Shown piece after piece: positions 50,138 to 57,781 of a stretch of DNA of 64,000 bases. The translations under genes and the position numbers were made by a program. The DNA comes from a virus (Duplodnaviria > Caudoviricetes). The stretch spans positions 1,738 through 65,737 of the IMG/VR virus record IMGVR_UViG_3300017788_001950; one strand, given 5' to 3'. The first letter of the stretch is position 1. Every line of letters begins with the position of its first letter. Below the pieces are notes generated by a model. That model was not told the DNA's origin and did no database searches. It was given only the letters and a program-made list of their open reading frames with translations.

Positions 50138-50231
50138 AGCCGGTTGTTGCCTATGCCAGTTTGGCTACCGGCCCAGAAAAGGAGGTGGAACGGGCCGGGT
50201 AGGAGTTGAACCTACAAATTTCAACACAGCT
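50138..50231 (-). ncRNA. Permuted tRNA-like domain 1
   Basis: Minus strand: AGCTG-T-GTTG aaattt GTAGG TTCAACT CCTAC CCGGCCC gttccacctccttttct GGGCCGG ta GCC aaactggcata GGC aa CAAC-CGGCT = closing stem, T arm, closed acceptor stem, D arm, closing stem. Confidence 0.85.
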
Positions 50232-50289
50232 TTTAGCTTTACGCTTATCTTGTCCTATCCATGCCGGGACAAAGCCCGGCACGAAATCT

Positions 50290-51018
50290 TCACTTCAGAA
50301 GGAAGCCGAAAAGAGCCGCCGAGGCGTTTTTCTTCTCAACCACTTCACCGTTTGCCTCCTCACGGGCAAACTTTACAGCCTTTTGAAGCTGTTGGATACG
50401 GGAAACCAAAACTTCCTTGCGGTCACCCGACAAGGCTCCCGAGAACTTCGTTGCGCTCCAGAAGCCAACCACAACGTCTTCCGTGACTTCCTTGACCTGC
50501 GCCGGATGCTCCTTCGTTGCCTCATAGAGCACAACGGGCGTCATCTTCTTCTTGGTCTTGGTGGTCTCAACCGAAACGGAGCGCATCAGGTTTTGACCCG
50601 GATCGAACGTCCAAAGCTCCGAGGGATCCAAGATTGGCATCTTGGTTACGAAGGTGTTGAGATCCTCAAGCTGCTTCTCAAGGTAGAGCAGGTAGCTCAC
50701 CGGCATGTCTGCCAGGATCGTCTGCCCTTCCACCACGACGCTTGCCTTGGCATGGCAGTTGCCCATGTCCTTAGTAAGCTCGATATCAAGGGCCTCGCTC
50801 ATAATGTCCTGCAACTTCGCAAGGACTTCCTTGCTCTTGAGCGCAACGTGCTGCTTCTCATCCGGGAACTTCTCGCCATCCTCATCCTTCGGACGATAGG
50901 TGCGGTTAAGTCCCGAATAAAGCTCCTGCTTCTCAGCGGAGCGGTGAAGGTTGGTAAGCTCCGTCTTTGCCTTGCTACGGATACCAGAGTCGATCGCCAA
51001 TACTTGACACAGCTTCAT
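50290..51018 (-). CDS. Conserved uncharacterised protein (recalled as DUF7873-like), likely co-transcribed with the ncRNA
   Basis: 242 aa from ATG 51018; KL.Q..A...G, RTYRPKDEDGE, PVSYLLYLEKQL, TKKK...VLYEATKEHPAQV, FSGAL, AVKFAREEAN match a bacterial/phage family recognised from memory; C/G-ending codons dominate. Confidence 0.75.
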   Translation of the reverse strand: MKLCQVLAIDSGIRSKAKTELTNLHRSAEKQELYSGLNRTYRPKDEDGEKFPDEKQHVALKSKEVLAKLQDIMSEALDIELTKDMGNCHAKASVVVEGQTILADMPVSYLLYLEKQLEDLNTFVTKMPILDPSELWTFDPGQNLMRSVSVETTKTKKKMTPVVLYEATKEHPAQVKEVTEDVVVGFWSATKFSGALSGDRKEVLVSRIQQLQKAVKFAREEANGEVVEKKNASAALFGFLLK

Positions 51019-51127
51019 ATGAGTCTCTCTTTCTTTTGAGTGTGAAAACCGAAATCTGTTGAGGAGAAAAGCAGAGGGTGACCGTCCCGTTTGTGGGGAG
51101 TTGGTCACCCGCTTTCCTCATTCACTT

Positions 51128-51156
51128 AACCTAACACAGGCAAGATATCTTGTTAA
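51128..51156 (-). promoter_or_regulatory. Sigma70-like promoter with extended -10
   Basis: TTAACA-N17-TAGGTT with TGTG before the -10; same design at 56263 and 57603. Confidence 0.6.
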
Positions 51157-51177
51157 ACCATTTGAATATCTTCTTTT

Positions 51178-52212
51178 TCAGGTGCAGTGGGGCGTGCCAT
51201 TGTAGGCACAATATCTGCAAGAGGCCCTGTTTTTGATGGTTCTGCCGGTCTGTATTTGGTTGATCATGTCATGGAGCACGGCCAGGGCCTTCTCCTCTGC
51301 CTTAGGACCAACACTCACGGGAACAAGCTCAACCCTAGAACCATCCGACTTGCGAGCCGTTCTCTTGAGAAGAACGAATCCGCACTTAACCCTGTCCAGT
51401 GGAACATTGGCAAGCTTGCAGAAAAAGTGCTTGTAGAGCATTAGCTGCAACTGCTTTTGGAAATCTCGTTTCTTCATGGGATCCCAGCCGAAGCTAGTGG
51501 TCTTCCAGTCCATGATGAAATAATCATAGTCGTCCGAAAGGGCAAGTCCACCAGGAGTTGGTTCACCTAGGGTCTTAGGTGGCGTGGAAACCAGCACTTC
51601 CTCTGCAATGGTGGAGGAGTTTTCGGATTTGTGACGAGCCAACAGATCCGAGAAGCGCATCGGGGGATGCTTAGAATCAATCTCCAGAGCTTCTTCCTTG
51701 TGCTTCTTCGCATGGACGCCACGCTTTTTCCTAGGTACCAGAAGGACGGCATCCACGAATCCCTTGAATCTCTTATTGACCTGACCGTCCACGGCCTCGA
51801 AGAGAGGCAGCTCCGCTGCATGCCCCTTCCAGCCAGGAAACTCCTTGTCCAGAAACTTGGGAGCCGCCTCCAGAATGCCAGGAATGCTAGAACGGAAGCT
51901 TGCAAGCTCCTTCTCGGGATAGGTCACACCATGCTTGTCCCGGAGGGCCTCCATAAGCTCCTCAAAGACCTTTTCGGTTGCAACCGGGTCAGGAATCGTC
52001 CGAGACATTACGAAGCCTTCCAGGGCATCGTGGATGGCCTTACCGAACTCCGTGTGGATGCTCGGCTTGTCGAGGTCGATCTTCTGAATGTGCTTGAGAC
52101 GATGCCTCTCGGAGCAATCCATCCAGTCGGATATCTCAGAATAGGAAACGTGGTGCTTGCCAGTAGGCAGCAGGGTTTTGTCCTCAAAGAGAGGAAGTTG
52201 GTGTTTTGTCAT
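51178..52212 (-). CDS. PD-(D/E)xK nuclease, Cas4/AddB-like with 4-Cys Fe-S ligands
   Basis: SYS...C, FGKAIH, ELPL, GFVD, DWKT, QLMLY, CRYC...C. Confidence 0.85.
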   Translation of the reverse strand: MTKHQLPLFEDKTLLPTGKHHVSYSEISDWMDCSERHRLKHIQKIDLDKPSIHTEFGKAIHDALEGFVMSRTIPDPVATEKVFEELMEALRDKHGVTYPEKELASFRSSIPGILEAAPKFLDKEFPGWKGHAAELPLFEAVDGQVNKRFKGFVDAVLLVPRKKRGVHAKKHKEEALEIDSKHPPMRFSDLLARHKSENSSTIAEEVLVSTPPKTLGEPTPGGLALSDDYDYFIMDWKTTSFGWDPMKKRDFQKQLQLMLYKHFFCKLANVPLDRVKCGFVLLKRTARKSDGSRVELVPVSVGPKAEEKALAVLHDMINQIQTGRTIKNRASCRYCAYNGTPHCT

Positions 52213-52235
52213 TCTGTGGGACTTAGGCTAAGGGG

Positions 52236-53309
52236 TTATCGGTACGTTGATTTTGTGGCTAAAGACTGAGGAATAAGAGCAGCAGAGCGAATTCCGTATT
52301 GGGATTTTTGCTTGAACTCCGCTAGGGTTCTAGAGTTTGCATAGGAAAAGGCACTTTGAAGCCCGCCCTTGATATTAGCGAGCACGTCCACGGCACTTTT
52401 GTTAGAAGCCGGAATGAGAGTGGAAATGCCCTCTGCCGTTGGGAGAGAGGAATTGCTTGGCTTAATGGTAAGCATTGCATCATGGCTAGCCATGCCACGG
52501 TAGACTTTCTGATTACCGATGCGCTCACCCGGAGCCTCAATACAGTCGGCAAACATTCTGCCGCACATCACCATATCGGCACCAGCACACAGAGCCTTTG
52601 CAATGTCACCAATCTCAGAAATACCACCATCAGCCACCAATAAGGGCTTGAAGCCCCCGCGAGCCCCGTTGAACCCCCGGCTACCATCGTAAGAGTCTAG
52701 AGTTTCACGGCACGCAAGAACAGCCGAGAACTGTGGAACGGTAACGCCAGTTACATTCTTCGTTGTGCAGACCTCACCTGGCCCGATTCCAACCTTGATA
52801 ATGTCAACGTCCCACGAAACGAAGTTTCTCACGGCCGATGGAGTTGCCACGTTTCCGGCCATAATCAAAATGTCCTTTCCAAAGGACTTACGAAGCCAAG
52901 TTACCATGTCCTTCATCAGCAAAGAGTTTCCGTGGGCCACATCCACAACAAAGGCTCGGGCTCCAAGGATGAACAGAGCCTTGGCTCTTTCCTTACTCTC
53001 CTCATTGACTCCAATGCTCACAAAGCATTCCATGCCAGAGTTGGCATACATTTCTCCGTTACGGAGAATGGGAGAGAATCTGTGAAGTGCCCCGATGCCA
53101 CCACCCTTTCTCATTGCAACACACATGGCTTCCTCGGTTACCGTATCCATGTTGGCAGAGATTACCGGAACGTCCAGAACCCAACCATTCGGGAGAGTAA
53201 AGGAAGTGTCCACGAGGGACCTTGAGGAAACCTCACTGTATTGAGGAATGAGAAACACGTCCTTGTAGGACAGGGATTGCTCAAAAGGGGCAGTGGGCTT
53301 TTTCAGCAT
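52236..53309 (-). CDS. IMP dehydrogenase/GMP reductase family protein (no CBS domains)
   Basis: SANMDTV, VDVAHG, AGNVAT, KVGIGPGEVCTT, ADGGI, YRGMAS. Confidence 0.9.
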   Translation of the reverse strand: MLKKPTAPFEQSLSYKDVFLIPQYSEVSSRSLVDTSFTLPNGWVLDVPVISANMDTVTEEAMCVAMRKGGGIGALHRFSPILRNGEMYANSGMECFVSIGVNEESKERAKALFILGARAFVVDVAHGNSLLMKDMVTWLRKSFGKDILIMAGNVATPSAVRNFVSWDVDIIKVGIGPGEVCTTKNVTGVTVPQFSAVLACRETLDSYDGSRGFNGARGGFKPLLVADGGISEIGDIAKALCAGADMVMCGRMFADCIEAPGERIGNQKVYRGMASHDAMLTIKPSNSSLPTAEGISTLIPASNKSAVDVLANIKGGLQSAFSYANSRTLAEFKQKSQYGIRSAALIPQSLATKSTYR

Positions 53310-53320
53310 TAGGGCTCCAT

Positions 53321-54229
53321 TCAGATTTTCTGCAAAGTGCTATTCCAGAAAGCACTTGGACGGGAGCGCAGATACTCCATAGTGACCGAGGCGGCTACGT
53401 CTTTAAACCATTTCTCGAGGCGATGTTGCACATTCTCATTGAGGTCAAGCCTTAGGCCCAAAAGGCTGGCTTCCACCACGAGGCGAGGGCATGTGTCAAA
53501 GCCCAAGGGATGGAACACCAATCCCTCGTATTGGGAGAGGTGCTCCAGAAAGGTGCGGTATTCCAGTCCGCCCAAAAGCTCATAGGGCATGGACTTAGAG
53601 GTGCAATAGTCCTCTGTATTCTTTTGGTTCTTAATCCAGGAGCCACCAGATAGTACCGCCCAGGTTCCCTTCTTGGTTCGAACCTCGGGTGCCTTTTTGA
53701 GACTAAGGATGAAGTCGAGGTCCTCGGGCTTCCAAACACTGGAAAGGACTTGGGTGTTGGTCCAGGTTTTCATGTGAGGAAACCGAAGCTCATATTCCTC
53801 TTTCTGACCCTCACTCATAAAGAAAACCGATTGAGCCCTCTTGTAGAGCCCAACCGGGAAATTCTTGGTCAGGTGGCAATCGCATGGAGACTTGGTTTGC
53901 AATTCATGGAGGTGACTTGAACGGTGCTTGCAGTATTTGTAGTCATACTCCACGCACACATACTTGCAACCCTCGGTCACCAGGGCAATGAGACCTTCCT
54001 TAGGACTCATGCTCCAGTTGCAAAGCACCCAGGTAAGGTGCTTGTTCTTCTCCACAATCTCAGGCGTGAGGGAAACGCTATGGAGCTTAAAAACACGAAG
54101 ACCGGGCGCAGACGAAATCAGCGCCTCGGTCGTCAATTCAGCCCCGCCCCTGTAGTCCTCAACAAACAAATCAGCCACGAACACAACGTCAGTATTTTTG
54201 GGAATCTGCGTTTCGATGGTAAAGGTCAT
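53321..54229 (-). CDS. Putative glycosyltransferase (GT-B-like)
   Basis: GGAELT near N-terminus; FHPLGFDTCPRLVVEASLLG. Confidence 0.65.
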   Translation of the reverse strand: MTFTIETQIPKNTDVVFVADLFVEDYRGGAELTTEALISSAPGLRVFKLHSVSLTPEIVEKNKHLTWVLCNWSMSPKEGLIALVTEGCKYVCVEYDYKYCKHRSSHLHELQTKSPCDCHLTKNFPVGLYKRAQSVFFMSEGQKEEYELRFPHMKTWTNTQVLSSVWKPEDLDFILSLKKAPEVRTKKGTWAVLSGGSWIKNQKNTEDYCTSKSMPYELLGGLEYRTFLEHLSQYEGLVFHPLGFDTCPRLVVEASLLGLRLDLNENVQHRLEKWFKDVAASVTMEYLRSRPSAFWNSTLQKI

Positions 54230-54519
54230 GCACCCAGGTTAGTGACACGACCGTAGATTGTCCGGGTCCATCCGTTCTTGAAACCCTTGTTGTTTCCGAT
54301 GAGGTAGGCACCATCAGGACTAACGGCGTAAATCTTGTGGAGAAAGAGCTTTCCCTTCACCTTACAAAACACAATGTCTCCCACCTCAAAGGTGGTATCG
54401 GGGCCGGTGGGGGAAACCGTAACTTCCTGTCCAGAACGAATCAGGGGAACCATAGAGTTACCCTTGGGATTGAAGGTGACGGTTTCACCCTTAAGCAGTC
54501 TTTCGGCAATGTGTTTCAC
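54226..54519 (-). CDS. S24/S26 peptidase-like protein
   Basis: GNSMVPLIRSG, VGDIV, FLHKI, IGNN. Confidence 0.7.
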   Translation of the reverse strand: MKHIAERLLKGETVTFNPKGNSMVPLIRSGQEVTVSPTGPDTTFEVGDIVFCKVKGKLFLHKIYAVSPDGAYLIGNNKGFKNGWTRTIYGRVTNLGA

Positions 54520-54532
54520 TTCAAACTCTTTC

Positions 54533-54745
54533 TCAGTTATAGACCCACTTGGTTACCTCGCAGGTAAACACAAAGAGGTGGATGACGATTGAGTGTCGAA
54601 TGTCTCCCTGGTACTCATTACGGTCATAAAAGACCTTGATTCCCTGCCAGGTTCGAGGACGAAGGATTCGGAAACCATTGTCCATCCAAGACTTGTTCTG
54701 GTAGCGGTCCAGAAATCGATAGAACAGTGAGCGTAGATATCGCAT
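54533..54745 (-). CDS. Hypothetical protein
   Basis: 70 aa ORF fitting between neighbours. Confidence 0.4.
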   Translation of the reverse strand: MRYLRSLFYRFLDRYQNKSWMDNGFRILRPRTWQGIKVFYDRNEYQGDIRHSIVIHLFVFTCEVTKWVYN

Positions 54746-54760
54746 GACACAAAACCTTTG

Positions 54761-55276
54761 TCAAAGGGACTCGTTACGGTGCTTGATCATCGCTTGCTTA
54801 GTCTGCTCAAGCAGATTCTTGGGAGGCGAAACATCGGCACGATAAAACCAGCGCATGGCCTCATCCGGCCCAACAATCCACCAAATGTGTTTGGTTAGAA
54901 CTGTGTTATTGACACTGAGCATCCAAACATTGGCGGTCGGAAGAAAAGCCAGAAACTCGATAGTAGATTCCCAACTAACCCTAGATTCCCAACTAACCCC
55001 ACTCTTTTCGACAAACCTATTGTAGTCGTTGTTGACTACCGATTTGACCTTAATCGGCAGCTTAAAGAATTCATGAATGAAGGAACGCTTGTAGATCACA
55101 AGCTCATTTCGATCAAACCAAACGCTCTTTCCAATTCCAATGTCATACACGGTTTCCAAACGAACATTAGAGGCATGCCTCTTCTTGTGACAGTTTGGGT
55201 AGTGTTCCTCAGGAGTCGGGACACGGACAATTGCGTTAGTGCGGTAATCTTCCCTGTAGGTTACAGACCTTCCCAT
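54761..55276 (-). CDS. Hypothetical protein
   Basis: 171 aa ATG ORF with GGAG upstream. Confidence 0.55.
   Translation of the reverse strand: MGRSVTYREDYRTNAIVRVPTPEEHYPNCHKKRHASNVRLETVYDIGIGKSVWFDRNELVIYKRSFIHEFFKLPIKVKSVVNNDYNRFVEKSGVSWESRVSWESTIEFLAFLPTANVWMLSVNNTVLTKHIWWIVGPDEAMRWFYRADVSPPKNLLEQTKQAMIKHRNESL
54964..54999. repeat. Perfect 18-bp tandem duplication (in frame)
   Basis: TAGATTCCCAACTAACCC x2, giving VSWES-R-VSWES. Confidence 0.95.
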
Positions 55277-55301
55277 GAGGGTATCTCCAAAAATAAAGGT
55301 T

Positions 55302-56201
55302 TCAGGACTCGGTGGTGCGACGAGCAGGAACAGCCGGGCCAGTGGGAGTCATGTCGATTCCGTTGGCATCGGCCACATCACGGATCTGATCCACGCCCAA
55401 GCCGGTGCCAGCCAGGAGACCCGCAAGCTCCTCGGCAGACGAAGGCTCAGGGTTGGAGGGAGCCGTCGAGGACTCAGAAGCCTCTGGCGAGGCAAGGGCA
55501 GCTTCCTCGGTCGCAGGAATCGGGGCAGGAGGGGTCGGCGGATTGATACCGAAGGCACGGGCAACAGCCTCCATTTGCTCAGGCGTGAGCGACACGCCCC
55601 CTGAGGCTGCAATGGCCTTTGCCAATTCCTCAGGCGTGGTCGGAGGTGCCGCAGGGGGCGCAGGCGGCGCAGCCGCCACGGGTGCCGTGGGGGCAGCAGC
55701 ATTGGGATCAGGCTCCTTAGGAATCAGGAGCTTGATTTCCTTCTCCCGCTCGATCCCATAAGGGACCAACTTCTCGGGCTCGGCAGGATCGGGACGATAG
55801 AGAATCTCGAAGTAGGTGAGAGCCAGGCCAGCAGACACGTCCTCGAACGTGAAAGAAACCTCTTCCTCAAGATAAAGGTCCTTTCCGGTGGCAACGTCGT
55901 TCTCAATCTTGGTAAGCTCGATCAGGGTCGGAACCCAACCTTCCTTCTCACGATGAAGAACAATGCCCACCCGATCACCAGGAAGCATTGCGTCAAACTC
56001 AGCCGCCGTGGCCTCCTCGTCATCCACGAAACGACCCTCAAGAAGGTCAGAAACGCTCTCCGAGGGCAAAAGAGCCATGAGCTTCGTAAGGGCCTCGCTT
56101 GAGTCACGATTGGCTCGCCCACAATACCGCTTCTCCGAAGGGTGCTTGTTGAGCTTCACCATGACTTTCTTTACGTCGAAATCGTTGACATTGATCGTCA
56201 T
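55302..56201 (-). CDS. Probable independently expressed nested/in-frame protein (299 aa)
   Basis: Internal promoter at 56263-56291, GGAG 8 nt before ATG 56201, shift to GC-rich codons. Confidence 0.55.
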   Translation of the reverse strand: MTINVNDFDVKKVMVKLNKHPSEKRYCGRANRDSSEALTKLMALLPSESVSDLLEGRFVDDEEATAAEFDAMLPGDRVGIVLHREKEGWVPTLIELTKIENDVATGKDLYLEEEVSFTFEDVSAGLALTYFEILYRPDPAEPEKLVPYGIEREKEIKLLIPKEPDPNAAAPTAPVAAAPPAPPAAPPTTPEELAKAIAASGGVSLTPEQMEAVARAFGINPPTPPAPIPATEEAALASPEASESSTAPSNPEPSSAEELAGLLAGTGLGVDQIRDVADANGIDMTPTGPAVPARRTTES

Positions 56202-57596
56202 CTGCATCTCCATTTGATTCTGCGTACCAGCCGAAGGAAGGCTGAGTTTTCCACTACCTCTAAGTATAACACACTTTGAGCCAGGGTTTAAACCATTATC
56301 TAGCAAGGAAAAATCGACGTTCCACAGGTTTCCTCGGTTGGTTCTCTTTCTTTTGAAGCCCATACTCTCAAGTTTCTTTGCCAGAAGGGCCTGGGGGTAC
56401 TTTGAGTGCTTAGGAATTTCCCTGTCCCGGAAAAACTTGTCTCTCTCCTGAGAGACCAGGGAGAGACTTACCCAGGTTTCCTGATTTGGTTTCTCCGAGG
56501 TTCCCTTGGAAAGACCCTCAAAGAATTGACGATCTGCCAGAAGCACCCTTTCCTTTTGCTCCGAGGTCATGGGTCCGGTCTTGGATCTATCCATGTACTC
56601 AAAGAATGCTGAGTTGACATTCTCATAGGAGGTGTTGCGGGCCTGATATTTGAGTACCTGATTGAGAGTTGCCCTAAGCTCCACATCGGTGACAGGGCTG
56701 GTTTCCATAGAGGAGGCCTGGGCCACATACTTCTTGGAGTTGGCCAGGAGTTGGGTCTCGGTGTGTCCCTGAGCACGGTCAGAACTCAGAAGTCTGTGGA
56801 TAACGCTGTTACGAATGCCATTTGGGATGCTCCTACCCTGAGCAAGCATCTTTCGAATTTCTGACACACTCACATCGGTCCACTTCTGGATTTCCAAGGG
56901 ATCAATATTGGACTTTACCTTTCCAAGGCTTGGAATAATTCCCTCCGTCATCGGTCGGGCTGTCTTTTGCTTTGCCTGATTCTTCTGGTCCAGAACCTCC
57001 AAAACGAACACGGGAAGATCGGCTATGTCCCAGCATGATTCCTCTGGAAGCTCATAGTTGAGCCCAGAGACATGTCTTGAGGGCGGAATTACCACATACC
57101 CGTTCTCGCCTCTCACATCCACACTTGGAGCTAACTTGGAAACGCTGTTGGCAATCGGAAAGCTCGACCAGAACCAGAAGTGATGACCCCTGGATCCTGT
57201 TCGATAGGAGAATGTCCTAGGGAGTTTTTCCAGAATGGGATGCTCCTGGGCATCCACATCAATCACCACGAGAAATTTCCCATGAGAGGGACTCCACCTA
57301 CCAGTGCTCACAGCAAGGTTAAACTTGTCCGGGTTACCAAACCACATGTCCAATTTGGATTTCTCGAAGCTTCCGAGATTCTTCCAGTTTTTACGGTAGA
57401 AGGGATGCTTCCCCGCAGAGGCACAGGAGGGCTTTCCGCAGGAGCACTTGCCCTGTGTGGTGGTGAACAGGGGGAAAGCAGGCAGTGAGTGCCCGGACAG
57501 GAATTCTATCAGTTTTGCTTTTTGAGATTCCATGCTCCGAATGTTTTGGGTTTCTGGGAAAGACGCAAGACCAAGGGTGGAAGTTGAATTTGACAA
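55302..57596 (-). CDS. Bifunctional primase-polymerase (Prim-Pol) protein in frame with an acidic Pro/Ala-rich C-terminal region
   Basis: CSCG...C...GKHP, NLAVSTG, VIDVD, TGSRGHHFWF, VDVRGENGYVVIPPS.H; PriCT-like G.RN; start may be ATG 57533. Confidence 0.8.
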   Translation of the reverse strand: MSNSTSTLGLASFPETQNIRSMESQKAKLIEFLSGHSLPAFPLFTTTQGKCSCGKPSCASAGKHPFYRKNWKNLGSFEKSKLDMWFGNPDKFNLAVSTGRWSPSHGKFLVVIDVDAQEHPILEKLPRTFSYRTGSRGHHFWFWSSFPIANSVSKLAPSVDVRGENGYVVIPPSRHVSGLNYELPEESCWDIADLPVFVLEVLDQKNQAKQKTARPMTEGIIPSLGKVKSNIDPLEIQKWTDVSVSEIRKMLAQGRSIPNGIRNSVIHRLLSSDRAQGHTETQLLANSKKYVAQASSMETSPVTDVELRATLNQVLKYQARNTSYENVNSAFFEYMDRSKTGPMTSEQKERVLLADRQFFEGLSKGTSEKPNQETWVSLSLVSQERDKFFRDREIPKHSKYPQALLAKKLESMGFKRKRTNRGNLWNVDFSLLDNGLNPGSKCVILRGSGKLSLPSAGTQNQMEMQMTINVNDFDVKKVMVKLNKHPSEKRYCGRANRDSSEALTKLMALLPSESVSDLLEGRFVDDEEATAAEFDAMLPGDRVGIVLHREKEGWVPTLIELTKIENDVATGKDLYLEEEVSFTFEDVSAGLALTYFEILYRPDPAEPEKLVPYGIEREKEIKLLIPKEPDPNAAAPTAPVAAAPPAPPAAPPTTPEELAKAIAASGGVSLTPEQMEAVARAFGINPPTPPAPIPATEEAALASPEASESSTAPSNPEPSSAEELAGLLAGTGLGVDQIRDVADANGIDMTPTGPAVPARRTTES
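56263..56291 (-). promoter_or_regulatory. Sigma70-like promoter inside the Prim-Pol ORF
   Basis: TTAAAC-N17-TATACT with TGTG extended -10; shares ATGGTTTAA with the 51128 promoter. Confidence 0.65.
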
Positions 57597-57602
57597 GACT
57601 CC

Positions 57603-57631
57603 AGGTTAGCACACCGAGAACATGATGTTAA
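57603..57631 (-). promoter_or_regulatory. Sigma70-like promoter for Prim-Pol
   Basis: TTAACA-N17-TAACCT with TGTG extended -10. Confidence 0.6.
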
Positions 57632-57781
57632 CCCTCGACCGTGAGAATGTTTTAGGACCAATTGAAACTCTCCTAGGGAGCTCCCCCTATGTTCCCCTAA
57701 TTGGTAGGGTTCCACGGTTGGTATACCCAACAGAAAGTACCTTTGGCAAACAGTCTAAAGTCAAAGAGTCAGAGAACGATA

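Larger units (their letters stand above)
49900..50285 (-). ncRNA. Structured ncRNA with two tandem circularly permuted tRNA-like (YrlA/Y-RNA-like) domains
   Basis: ~390-nt gap without a credible ORF, bounded by GC hairpins (50262-50281 and 49904-49935); contains two T-arm/acceptor/D-arm modules on long imperfect stems; ends approximate. Confidence 0.8.

Noticed and set aside
50030-50174. A conventional tRNA with an intron, formed from the D half of domain 1 and the T half of domain 2
   Set aside because: The acceptor strands could pair, but the anticodon-stem strands (ACAAC vs ACCTG) are not complementary, whereas each permuted module has its own complementary closing stem. This reading would also leave two orphan halves.
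49900-50285. tmRNA (one- or two-piece)
   Set aside because: Both modules have paired D stems, there is no alanine-type acceptor (GGGG...G3-U70, CCACCA), and no tag reading frame is evident.
50206-51039. 277-aa plus-strand ORF with an upstream perfect SD
   Set aside because: It is the antisense shadow of a conserved gene with biased codons; the SD is ~18 nt from its TTG and the protein has no recognisable features.
51178-52212. CRISPR-Cas locus
   Set aside because: Solo Cas4-like nuclease; no repeat-spacer array or other cas genes seen.
57640-57780. Replication origin upstream of Prim-Pol
   Set aside because: Only short imperfect palindromes and CCCCTA repeats; no convincing iterons or AT-rich unwinding element.
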